Shown here piece after piece: positions 19,084 to 28,139 of a stretch of DNA of 64,000 nt. Every line of letters begins with the position of its first letter. Within the stretch, counting starts at the first letter, position 1. The stretch comes from an uncultured Pseudomonadota bacterium. Lineage in GTDB: Bacteria > Pseudomonadota > Alphaproteobacteria > RF32 > CAG-239. The position numbers and the translations under genes are program-made. A model generated the notes under the pieces. The model saw only the letters and a list, made by a program, of their open reading frames with translations. It did not search any database and was not told where the DNA came from. The stretch covers positions 26,177-90,176 of the forward strand of contig CACWKS010000001.1 in assembly GCA_902761535.1 (NCBI GenBank), written 5' to 3'.

Positions 19084-20040
19084 ATGGCAAAATCCCTGAA
19101 AATTCTCGTTTGTTACCATAAACCGGCATATTTAATTAAAGATGATATTTTTATCCCAATTCATTTGGGCAGAATCTTGGCAACTCAAGCAAGTAAAGAT
19201 GGTAAAATGAGTCAAGAAGATTACCAATGGATGTTGGATAATATGATTGGCGATGACACCGGTGATAATATTTCTGAATTAAATCGCCTATTTAATGAAA
19301 TGAGTGCTGTTTATTGGGCTTGGAAAAACTATGATAAATTAGGGAATCCTGATTATATTGGCATAAATCATTATCGTCGTTTTTTCAATTTTCCTTGCCT
19401 AATATCTGACAACAAAATATGTTTTGAACATAACGAATTATATGAGGCCATTTCACAAGCGGACATCATTTGTGATAAATTCTTTAGTTATGACAAAGGT
19501 CTCTACCAGCATTACCTTGACCATAAAAATTGGGGATTTAATCAAATATTTTTCGATGAAGTTCTTAAAATTTTATCTTCAGATAAAAATTATGCCAAAT
19601 TTCAACACGCGTTTACAAATAATCAAACAGGCCCCTTATTTAACTGTTTTATCATGCCGAGAGAAGTCTTCTTTGATTATTGCAAATGGATTTTTCCTGT
19701 AATTTTTGAACTTTACCAAAGATTCAAAGATTTTCCGTATGAAGAAAAAGAAAAACGAAACATAGCTTGGATGAGCGAAAGATTAACTTGTGCTTATATA
19801 TACTGTTGTAGCGAAAAATATAAAATAAAACAAATACCATTGGCCAAAATTGATACCAAAATTATTTTTCAAAATAACATTATTCGCGATGTTGTTAATT
19901 ACAAAAAAAATAAACTTAACTATTTCAGATGCCGCTTGCTTGCTAATCTCACTTTCGGCAAAACTCGGGCTCATTATAAACGCAAGAAAAAAGAGTTAAA
20001 AATTAAACTAAAATACGTAAAACAATTTTTGAAAGACTAA
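19084..20040 (+). CDS. DUF4422 (GT111-like) glycosyltransferase, probable furanosyltransferase
   Basis: KILVCYHKP, PIHLGR, DDTGDNISELN, YWAWKN, YIGINHYRR, SERL. Confidence 0.85.
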   Translation: MAKSLKILVCYHKPAYLIKDDIFIPIHLGRILATQASKDGKMSQEDYQWMLDNMIGDDTGDNISELNRLFNEMSAVYWAWKNYDKLGNPDYIGINHYRRFFNFPCLISDNKICFEHNELYEAISQADIICDKFFSYDKGLYQHYLDHKNWGFNQIFFDEVLKILSSDKNYAKFQHAFTNNQTGPLFNCFIMPREVFFDYCKWIFPVIFELYQRFKDFPYEEKEKRNIAWMSERLTCAYIYCCSEKYKIKQIPLAKIDTKIIFQNNIIRDVVNYKKNKLNYFRCRLLANLTFGKTRAHYKRKKKELKIKLKYVKQFLKD

Positions 20041-20043
20041 CTT

Positions 20044-21177
20044 ATGTCCCGACAACTGCAAATCTTCAACAATTCCGCAAATCCGCCTTTACCGGCTTTT
20101 TCTAAAAATAATGTTCCGATTATTTTCAGTTCAAACAATAATTATGCAGCTTATTTGGCGGTATGCTTAAAATCTCTCATCGCCAATTCTTCTTCTCAAA
20201 ATAATTATGATATTTGGATATTAGAAGATAATATAAGCGATGAGAACAAGCAAAAAATTTCAGCAATGCAAACTTCTAATATATCCATTCGGTTTCTTAA
20301 TATAAATTTTTTATTATCTAACCTTGATCAATATAATTTCGCAATTCACGGACATTTTAGTATTGCCGCCTATTTCAGACTGTTTATTCCTCGGATATTT
20401 TATAAATACACTAAAGTATTATACCTTGATTGCGATATTGTTATTCAGAATGATATAGCTAAACTATATTACATCGATTTAGGTACAAATTATATTGCTG
20501 CCGTCAAGGATACTACCATACAATCACATTTATATAAATCACAACTTGATAAATCATCTTATCCTGACTATTTTACCCAGACGCTCGAAATGCAAAATCC
20601 TCAGGATTATTTTAATTCAGGTATAATGATTATGAACATTCAAAAACTTGCTGCTTTTGATATGGAAATCAAATGTTTAAAAGCTTTACAACGAATTACT
20701 CCTTTATATGTTGATCAATGCATCTTAAATAATGTACTGCAAGGTCATGTAAAATTTCTTGAAACCGCTTGGAATACCCAATGGCATTTGCCGATATTTG
20801 ATACTGACTTTCAAAAGCATTTGGACGATGACATTGCCGCTGACTACCTTTCAGCTTACACAAACCCGCATATCTTGCATTATACCTCAAATATCAAACC
20901 ATGGAATTATCCTCAACACCCGATGGCTGATCTTTGGTGGCATTATGCTCGTCAAACTCCTTTTTATGAAGAAATAATTTATAAAAATGCTTGCACAAAT
21001 ATCTCATCTAAAGAATTAATGCGTAATATTTTTTATTACCGAAAAAATCGGCTCAAATATTTCATATATCGCTTGCTTGCTATTTTTACCTTCGGTAAAA
21101 CTCGCACTCGCTACAAACGCAAGAAAAAAGAATTAAAAGTTAAGCTAAAATCAGTTAACCAATTTTTGAAAGGCTGA
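20044..21177 (+). CDS. GT8 glycosyltransferase
   Basis: YFRLFIP, YLDCD, YFNSG, DQCILN, ILHYTSNIKPW, WWHYARQTPFYE. Confidence 0.9.
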   Translation: MSRQLQIFNNSANPPLPAFSKNNVPIIFSSNNNYAAYLAVCLKSLIANSSSQNNYDIWILEDNISDENKQKISAMQTSNISIRFLNINFLLSNLDQYNFAIHGHFSIAAYFRLFIPRIFYKYTKVLYLDCDIVIQNDIAKLYYIDLGTNYIAAVKDTTIQSHLYKSQLDKSSYPDYFTQTLEMQNPQDYFNSGIMIMNIQKLAAFDMEIKCLKALQRITPLYVDQCILNNVLQGHVKFLETAWNTQWHLPIFDTDFQKHLDDDIAADYLSAYTNPHILHYTSNIKPWNYPQHPMADLWWHYARQTPFYEEIIYKNACTNISSKELMRNIFYYRKNRLKYFIYRLLAIFTFGKTRTRYKRKKKELKVKLKSVNQFLKG

Positions 21178-21180
21178 TGT

Positions 21181-22194
21181 ATGTCTCAAATTTCCATCAT
21201 CATACCGGTCTATAATGCCGAAAAATATTTGCCAAAATGTTTGGACAGTATTATCAATCAAACCTTCAAAGATATTGAAATCATTTGTGTCAATGATGGC
21301 TCAACTGATGATTCTCTTAACATTCTTAATGACTATACCGCTAAAGATTGTCGTATTAAAGTGTTTTCCCAAGCCAACGCCGGTCCGGCCAAAGCTCGAA
21401 ATATCGGCTTAACTAATTCGCAAAGTGAATTTATTATGTTTTGCGATGCTGACGACACCTATGAGCCGGATATGTGCAAAATTATGTTGGATACAATCAC
21501 CGCAAACCAAGCCGATTGTGCCATGTGCAATAGTAATATTATTTCACAAAATGATCGAACTTATAGCGATGTTTATTTTAATCCTCCGCTTAAGGGATTA
21601 ATAAATAAAAAGTTACATAAAATAAACGTTGTTTTATGGAACAAAATCTTCAGGAAATCCATCATTGATAAATATAATATCACTTTTCCCGATGGTTTTC
21701 TTCATGATGACGATTGTTTTTGGTATAAATACGCTCTTTGCTCTCGTAACATTTATATAACTACCGACAAACTCTATAACTACGTTATCCATTCTAACTC
21801 AATTATTGATAATTATAATAATCATAAACAGGCAAACTATTTCGACCGTTTTTATATTACTAAAAACCTTTTGGAATTCGCTAAAAAGCATCAATTTTTC
21901 ACTAAAAATCAAAAAGCCTTAAATACAATTTATCTTGGCGAGATTAACGATATTGCCGAATTTGCCGATTTATCCCTCATTGCTTCCGAAATTCAAGCTG
22001 TCAATGCTGAATATGGTTTCAATACTATCTTTACTCAAGATAATCACATTATTAGTTATAGCAGCCTATCCTCTATGCGGTTAAAATATTACCTATATCA
22101 AATCTTAGCCAGTCTCAGCTTTGGGCACCTTCACAAACGCCTTGATGATCGTCGTAAGAAATATAAAGAACTTCTTAAAAATATAAAATTTTAA
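21181..22194 (+). CDS. GT2 glycosyltransferase
   Basis: ISIIIPVYNAEKYL, VNDGSTD, ARNIGL, FCDADD, WNKIFR. Confidence 0.9.
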   Translation: MSQISIIIPVYNAEKYLPKCLDSIINQTFKDIEIICVNDGSTDDSLNILNDYTAKDCRIKVFSQANAGPAKARNIGLTNSQSEFIMFCDADDTYEPDMCKIMLDTITANQADCAMCNSNIISQNDRTYSDVYFNPPLKGLINKKLHKINVVLWNKIFRKSIIDKYNITFPDGFLHDDDCFWYKYALCSRNIYITTDKLYNYVIHSNSIIDNYNNHKQANYFDRFYITKNLLEFAKKHQFFTKNQKALNTIYLGEINDIAEFADLSLIASEIQAVNAEYGFNTIFTQDNHIISYSSLSSMRLKYYLYQILASLSFGHLHKRLDDRRKKYKELLKNIKF

Positions 22195-22199
22195 TGCAG

Positions 22200-22249
22200 A
22201 AAGACAGGTCTTAAACCTGTCTTTCCTTAAATTGGTGGAGCTAAGGAGG
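22200..22249 (-). repeat. Direct repeat of the tRNA-Ala 3' end plus terminator (copy of 22455-22504)
   Basis: AAAGACAGGTCTTAAACCTGTCTTT and TGGTGGAGCTAAGGAGG each recur exactly 255 bp downstream. Confidence 0.92.
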
Positions 22250-22436
22250 GATTGCAGAGCAAAAACAATCCGGTGAATTGTTTTTGCCGAAATCTGTAGC
22301 AGTTGTTAGCAAGCGAAAAGCGACAGCGCCATGAGCGAGCGTTACAACTGGCTTGACCGAAGCGAAGTAAGGGCGCGCTCTCAAAGCGCACCCTTACGCA
22401 GCAAGACCGAACTCCTGAAAGGAGCTCGATCCTCCT
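22233..22436 (-). other. Structured tRNA-linked element (multi-hairpin, ending in the tRNA 3' sequence ...CTCCACCA)
   Basis: Four hairpins enclosed by AGGAGGAT/ATCCCTCCT pairing; GC-rich relative to the flanks. Confidence 0.6.
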
Positions 22437-22450
22437 CTATTTTTCTCAAC

Positions 22451-22482
22451 AAAAAAAGACAGGTCTTAAACCTGTCTTTTTT
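22451..22482 (-). terminator. Terminator downstream of tRNA-Ala
   Basis: AAAAAAGACAGG-TCTTAAA-CCTGTCTTTTTT. Confidence 0.85.
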
Positions 22483-22487
22483 CTAAT

Positions 22488-22563
<76 letters not shown>

Positions 22564-22700
22564 GTTAACACCAAATCTGCGCTCACCATACTCATAATTT
22601 TCGCCCTTGTCAAGTAAAAAACATCTTGCCAAATTAAGTTTTTTAAATATAATTACCCCAATTTTTTATATTTAATTAATTATTAACAAAAATTTTCAAC

Positions 22701-23375
22701 ATGAAAACAAATGTGATTTTAGTTCCACTGTTTGGAATTCCCGGAAGCGGTAAAGGAACGATTATTTCGACACTCAAAAAATTATCAGCGACCAACGCCG
22801 ATATCCAAGTTGTAAGTGTCGAGATGGGTAGTCATTTCCGCAAACTGGCCCAAGACGACGAATGCATCCGACAAATCGTAGATAGTGGTAATTTACTCTC
22901 TGATTCTACGGCAAATGAGACATTCCAAAAGCTTATCCAAGAAGTTGCTGCCAATGTCTTGTTCGGGCAAGAGCTGAAAAACAAGGTAGTTATTTTGATC
23001 GACGGCTATCCGCGCGCCAAGAACCAAGGGGAAAATTTCTTAGCCTTCATCAGAAGCAAAAATCTCGAAGTCGCCCCCGTGTTCCTGGAATTGGATGAGG
23101 AAATCAGCATTCAACGTTCTCGGATAAGAAGAATTTGTCCTCAATGCGGAGCTACATTCTCTATCAAAGAGCACACAACGTGCCCTAAGTGCCAAAAAAA
23201 AGGACGCCGACGCCCCGACGACCATTCCATGGCACACCGTATTGCGGTATTTAATGACGAAACTTTGCCTGTAATAAAAGAGGCACGCCAAAGCTTTCAA
23301 CACCAAATTTCGGTCGAAAGCAACGATCTCCGCACTGCCGCCTTGGAAATATGGGCATTTTTTCAAAACCTCTAA
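22701..23375 (+). CDS. Adenylate kinase family nucleoside monophosphate kinase (divergent)
   Basis: P-loop GIPGSGKGT, LIDGYPR, zinc LID RRICPQC...CPKC, RPDD. Confidence 0.82.
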   Translation: MKTNVILVPLFGIPGSGKGTIISTLKKLSATNADIQVVSVEMGSHFRKLAQDDECIRQIVDSGNLLSDSTANETFQKLIQEVAANVLFGQELKNKVVILIDGYPRAKNQGENFLAFIRSKNLEVAPVFLELDEEISIQRSRIRRICPQCGATFSIKEHTTCPKCQKKGRRRPDDHSMAHRIAVFNDETLPVIKEARQSFQHQISVESNDLRTAALEIWAFFQNL

Positions 23376-23415
23376 AAACAAAAGCCCCGACCACAAGATC
23401 CGGGCTTTTGTTTTT
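23374..23415. terminator. Bidirectional terminator
   Basis: AAAAACAAAAGCCC...GGGCTTTTGTTTTT between convergent genes. Confidence 0.75.
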
Positions 23416-23886
23416 TTAAGAATCTGACGGATAGCGTTTGTGGTGACCGGTTTTACACTCCATAGCCCAAGACATCAACAATTCTTGCTCTTTTGTTCCT
23501 TCGTCGGTCTGTTCCGCCATAATCTTAAAACCGTTATTTTTATAAAAACGCAAAGCATCTTTATTCTTAGCAAATACTTTTAATGTTAATTCCGGATAAA
23601 TATTCTTAACATAATTCATCAATTTTGAACCGATTCTTTGCTTTTGATATTTCGGATCAACAAACAATGCTCCTACATATCTGTCATCTATCGTACTTAT
23701 AAAACCTTTAATTTGATGTTTATCTTCAAACACATAACTCTCGGTATTCGGTAAATAATACTTACGCACCGACGGCAACATTTTCTGCCAATATTCTCCG
23801 GACACAAAACTATGTGCTTGTTTGGAACCTTCCAACCAAATCGCTAATATTTTCTCAATATCTGCCTCTTGATATTTTCTAATCAT
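23416..23886 (-). CDS. GNAT family N-acetyltransferase (YiaC/YjaB-like)
   Basis: IWLEGSKQAHSFV, ALFVDPKYQKQRIGSKL, NKDALRFYKNNGF. Confidence 0.88.
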   Translation of the reverse strand: MIRKYQEADIEKILAIWLEGSKQAHSFVSGEYWQKMLPSVRKYYLPNTESYVFEDKHQIKGFISTIDDRYVGALFVDPKYQKQRIGSKLMNYVKNIYPELTLKVFAKNKDALRFYKNNGFKIMAEQTDEGTKEQELLMSWAMECKTGHHKRYPSDS

Positions 23887-24827
23887 CTGTGTTTTTTCCT
23901 TAAAGATATTCTTTTCAACCTGCGTTCCATAAACAAACGCCTGGCTCTGCGATATACCACTATCGATTTTGCATGGCTTTTCAATATAATATTAAATTCT
24001 CTCATTGTTAGAATTACACCCCAGGTCACCAAAATCGATCCTACCATAATTTGCCAATTTACATCATCATCAAACATTATCACTCCGGCAGCAATACCGA
24101 AAATAATACGCAATGTACTGAATGGTGCAATCTTATTAACACCATTTACCGCAATCAACCTCTGCCACATAAACATCGCAATTGTCAAAGCAACGACCTC
24201 AAATGCCATCGGCCAACCGGCAATTCCCCAATCAATATTTGCCAATTCACGATAATCATAATGCTCATAAAAAATCGAACCTGTTGCCGTAAAAGGCAAA
24301 GCAAACAAATAAGAATACGCCGCAAAAACCGGCACTGATATATGTTTGGTATCCTTAAATACAATCTGACAAATTCCCCAAAAAATACGAGAAAGCAAAA
24401 TCAACGCTACTCCGACAAAACTCATTTGCGGAATTCCCATTATCACCGCCACACCTATAAATGACAGCATAATCGATAATGATTGCTTAAAGTTAATACG
24501 TTCTTTTGCCCAAATACAAGCCATAATCACCGAAATCGGTCCCTCGGTCTGTAACAATAGTGAACAAGCTGATGGTGATAAATCACGATATGCTTCATAA
24601 ATTAATAAATTAGTAATTACATTGGATGTTAATGCCACAATAAACATCTGTTTCAATTCATGTTTGTATGGACGCGCAAAAGGCAAAAATATTGCAGCAG
24701 TAATGGCATAACGAATAGTTAAAAACGTATATGGAGGAATTTCCTGTAACCCCAACTTACTTATCGCAGGATTAACACCCCAAATAAATACGACCAATAA
24801 CGCACCTAAAACTGCCGAAAGTTTCAT
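23883..24827 (-). CDS. EamA/DMT family transporter
   Basis: LVVFIWGVN...KLGLQEIPP...RY and about 10 hydrophobic segments; start placed at MKLSAV. Confidence 0.85.
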   Translation of the reverse strand: MKLSAVLGALLVVFIWGVNPAISKLGLQEIPPYTFLTIRYAITAAIFLPFARPYKHELKQMFIVALTSNVITNLLIYEAYRDLSPSACSLLLQTEGPISVIMACIWAKERINFKQSLSIMLSFIGVAVIMGIPQMSFVGVALILLSRIFWGICQIVFKDTKHISVPVFAAYSYLFALPFTATGSIFYEHYDYRELANIDWGIAGWPMAFEVVALTIAMFMWQRLIAVNGVNKIAPFSTLRIIFGIAAGVIMFDDDVNWQIMVGSILVTWGVILTMREFNIILKSHAKSIVVYRRARRLFMERRLKRISLRKKHR

Positions 24828-24837
24828 CTGATTTTCC

Positions 24838-26826
24838 TTATATATCCAATTCTCCGGCAAATTTTGCCCGTTCAATAATAAATCTGAAACGTTGCTCCGG
24901 ATCTTTTCCCATCAATCTCTCAACCTGCCGGCGCGTAGCAAAATCTTCCGCTCGGCCTTCTTCGGTAACTGTTGAAGGAATCAAAACCCTCAAAAGCATT
25001 CGGTTCTTTTTATCCATTGTCGTTTCTTTCAGTTGTTGCGAACTCATTTCACCCAACCCTTTGAAACGACTTATATCCGGTTTCTGATTGCCTTTAACTG
25101 CTTTTGCTAAAATTTTATCTTTATCCTCATCATCTAATGCATAATAGTTCTTTCCTCCCACTGCAATTTTATACAACGGCGGAGTAGCAATAAACAAATG
25201 CCCGTTAGCAATCAATTGCGGCATATGCTGATAAAAGAAAGTCATTAACAATGAAGCGATATGTGCTCCGTCAACATCAGCATCAGTCATGATAATTATT
25301 TTTTCATACCTTAAATTTTCTTCTTTATAATTATCTTTGGTACCGCATCCCAAAGCCTCAATCATATCCTTTATTTCTTGGTTTTGTGTAATTTTTTCGA
25401 TTGACGCACTTGCCACATTCAATATCTTACCCCGCAAAGGCAAAATGGCTTGTGTCTGTCTGTCTCTGCCCTGTTTTGCCGAGCCTCCGGCCGAATCCCC
25501 CTCGACGATGAATATCTCGGTATTTTCTGCCGCCGTTTGTGAACAATCTGCCAATTTTCCGGGCAACCGTAATCTCTTAGTCGGGCTCTTGCGAATTTTT
25601 TCCTTTTCTTCTTTCTTCTTTTTTCTCAATTCTGCCCTGTCAATCGCATATTCCAATAATACAGAAGCATTTTCCAAATCCGATGAAAGCCAATGATCAA
25701 AAGAATCTTTAACTGCCGTTTCCACTAATCTGACAGCTTTTGCCGAAGTTAATTTATCTTTGGTTTGTCCTTGAAATTGAGGATCACGAATAAAAACTGA
25801 CAACATTATTGCTGCATCACTCAAAAAATCCTCTGCAGTCAAATTTGCTGCCTTTTTATTATTAATCATTTCACCGAATTCTTTGAGCCCTTTTAACAAA
25901 GCCGATTTAAAACCGGTTTCATGCGTCCCTCCGAATGGTGTAATAACTGTATTGCAGTAAGAATAACAAAATCCGTTCTGATCTTCCGGCCAGGTAATCG
26001 CCCACTCAATCTTACCTTCATCATTATCCAAAGGTGCTTCACCGCAAAACGGCATTCTGTTTATTATCGCTTTTGCTCCTACCGAATAATTCAAAAAATC
26101 CAACAATCCGTTAGGAAAACACAACTCGGCCTCAAGCGGAATATTATCTTCTTCACTTACTAATTCCGCTGCACATTTCCAAAATATTTTAATGCCCTTA
26201 AATAAAAAGGCTTTTGAACGAGCCATGCGAAAAATACGAGCCGGCTGCAACAATGACATTTCACCGAAAATTTCTCTGTCCGGTTTAAAAGTAATTGAAG
26301 TGCCGCGACGATTAATGACCGGCTCAACCAACTCCAAATCTCCTAAGGGCTTGCCTCTGGCATAGCACTGACGATAAAGCTTTTTATCCCTTGCAACCTC
26401 AATCACTAAACTCTCCGATAGTGCATTTACCACCGACAATCCTACACCATGCAATCCACCTGATACTTTATAAACATTCCCGCCGAACTTGCCGCCGGAG
26501 TGCAATGTTGTCAAAATAACCTCTAACGCTGACTTATCCGGATATTTAGGATGTCTGTCCACCGGTATTCCGCGACCATTATCAATAATAGTAACCGAAT
26601 AGTCTGCATTCATTATCACATCAATACGATCAGCAAATCCGGCTACCGCCTCGTCCATTGAATTATCCAGTATCTCCGCTACCAAATGATGTAAAGCTGT
26701 TTCATCAACACCGCCTATATACATCCCCGGACGATGCCTTACCGGCTCCAATCCCTCTAAAACATCAATAGATTCAGCGTCATAAGTTTGGGAAAGCCCC
26801 TTATTCGCATCAAACAAATCTGCCAT
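24838..26826 (-). CDS. parE: DNA topoisomerase IV subunit B
   Basis: VLEGLEPVRHRPGMYIG, EILDNSMDE, SGGLHGVG, EGDSAGGSAKQ, PLRGKILN, MTDADVDGAHI; alphaproteobacterial ParE-type sequence. Confidence 0.92.
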   Translation of the reverse strand: MADLFDANKGLSQTYDAESIDVLEGLEPVRHRPGMYIGGVDETALHHLVAEILDNSMDEAVAGFADRIDVIMNADYSVTIIDNGRGIPVDRHPKYPDKSALEVILTTLHSGGKFGGNVYKVSGGLHGVGLSVVNALSESLVIEVARDKKLYRQCYARGKPLGDLELVEPVINRRGTSITFKPDREIFGEMSLLQPARIFRMARSKAFLFKGIKIFWKCAAELVSEEDNIPLEAELCFPNGLLDFLNYSVGAKAIINRMPFCGEAPLDNDEGKIEWAITWPEDQNGFCYSYCNTVITPFGGTHETGFKSALLKGLKEFGEMINNKKAANLTAEDFLSDAAIMLSVFIRDPQFQGQTKDKLTSAKAVRLVETAVKDSFDHWLSSDLENASVLLEYAIDRAELRKKKKEEKEKIRKSPTKRLRLPGKLADCSQTAAENTEIFIVEGDSAGGSAKQGRDRQTQAILPLRGKILNVASASIEKITQNQEIKDMIEALGCGTKDNYKEENLRYEKIIIMTDADVDGAHIASLLMTFFYQHMPQLIANGHLFIATPPLYKIAVGGKNYYALDDEDKDKILAKAVKGNQKPDISRFKGLGEMSSQQLKETTMDKKNRMLLRVLIPSTVTEEGRAEDFATRRQVERLMGKDPEQRFRFIIERAKFAGELDI

Positions 26827-26930
26827 TTTGAAACCAATTCCTTTCTCTTTGGCTAGAAAATAAAACAAAACTTACTTTTTAACAAGCGGATTTTTCTAAA
26901 CTTCAACAAATCTTTATCAAAATCTGATAA

Positions 26931-28013
26931 TTACTCTTTACGTTTTCTCACAACAATTGAATTACCGGCATCCTCTTGAGCTTTTCTCACTGCCGTAATA
27001 GTATGCTCTATCAGTTCTTTAGCCGTCCGCGACACATCTGGAAAAACACTACACCCCACTGAATATTTTAATTCATGTCGCATAAAATTATCATTAACCC
27101 CGTCATCTAACACCTCTTTTATCCTTCGCAGGTAATAATCAAGTTCAAACTCATCTTTTAAATTGCTCAACAAAATCCAAAAATGATACTTTAAACCTTT
27201 TGAAACTGTAACTGTTTTGGGCAAATTAAACACCAAATTATCCGCCAATCGCTTTATAGCAGCATCTTCAAAATTAATTTTTCTTAAATCTTTAATGTTA
27301 TCAATATTAATAGCTAAAACAGCCACTCTGTTGGCTAAAACCGTTTTATTTGCTTCCCGTACAGCCAATATTGCCATTTGCAAACGATCTTCAAACAAAA
27401 AGAAACATGGTAATCCGGTAACTTCATCATATAATCCGCCATTATTATTAGTTGTCTTGCTTTGTATTTTTTCACCAACCAAAATAAACGAGAAATGCTC
27501 AATATCCGACAAATAAATAGCTTTCAAATTCAACTCTTGTATTTTCCCGTCTTTGTAATTAAACCTTATTTTTAATACTTTATGAGATGTTAACATTTCT
27601 CCTATATTATTAGCCAACAAATTCCAATCTTCTTTATAAACCATTTCCAGAAATTTGTGCTGTAATACACTAGCTGATGAGGTAATATTCATCAGTTTCT
27701 GAGCCGTTTTATTCACATAAACAAGCAGATCATCTTGAACAATAAATATCGGATAATTAGCATCGTCAAACACAGTACTTATAATATCCGATAACTTAAC
27801 ATCTAATGTATACCACCCTTCTTCTTGCCGTTTAACCGCATCTTCCGCATCTTGAATTTCTTCACTTTTTTGAGATAAAGTCTCTAATTCAGACAAATTT
27901 ACATTATATTTTTCAGCTTCATTCAATACAGATAAATCAACGGAGGAAGGCCTTCTATTCGCATATGCCCCCTCTAAAAAATCAGTCATATCTTTTTTAA
28001 CTGCTTCAACCAT
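26931..28013 (-). CDS. PAS plus degenerate GGDEF domain protein
   Basis: PAS-like YVNKTAQKLM...MVYKED; YDEVTGLP..FEDRL, INIDNIK, SVGCSVFP; KGLKYHF where GGDEF is expected. Confidence 0.75.
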   Translation of the reverse strand: MVEAVKKDMTDFLEGAYANRRPSSVDLSVLNEAEKYNVNLSELETLSQKSEEIQDAEDAVKRQEEGWYTLDVKLSDIISTVFDDANYPIFIVQDDLLVYVNKTAQKLMNITSSASVLQHKFLEMVYKEDWNLLANNIGEMLTSHKVLKIRFNYKDGKIQELNLKAIYLSDIEHFSFILVGEKIQSKTTNNNGGLYDEVTGLPCFFLFEDRLQMAILAVREANKTVLANRVAVLAINIDNIKDLRKINFEDAAIKRLADNLVFNLPKTVTVSKGLKYHFWILLSNLKDEFELDYYLRRIKEVLDDGVNDNFMRHELKYSVGCSVFPDVSRTAKELIEHTITAVRKAQEDAGNSIVVRKRKE

Positions 28014-28139
28014 CTGTAACTACCCGCTCGTTTGTATTAAAATATATTTTTATCATTTTCATAAAAAAAATTTGCATTTTATTAACAATATAATGATAAA
28101 CAATACTTATTTGATGAACCTCTATCGAAAGAATATCGC

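Noticed and set aside
11600-22250. Glycan locus as a genomic island integrated at tRNA-Ala
   Set aside because: The tRNA 3' duplication lies only 255 bp from the tRNA; no matching att copy was seen at the rpsB end and there is no integrase.
22233-22420. Second tRNA gene or intron-containing tRNA
   Set aside because: Only the acceptor 3' strand and T-arm pieces are present; there is no D-arm, anticodon arm or 5' acceptor strand.
22672-22687. TTAA-N7-TTAAC CtrA-like box before the adk-like gene
   Set aside because: It lies in an almost pure A/T tract, so a chance match is likely.
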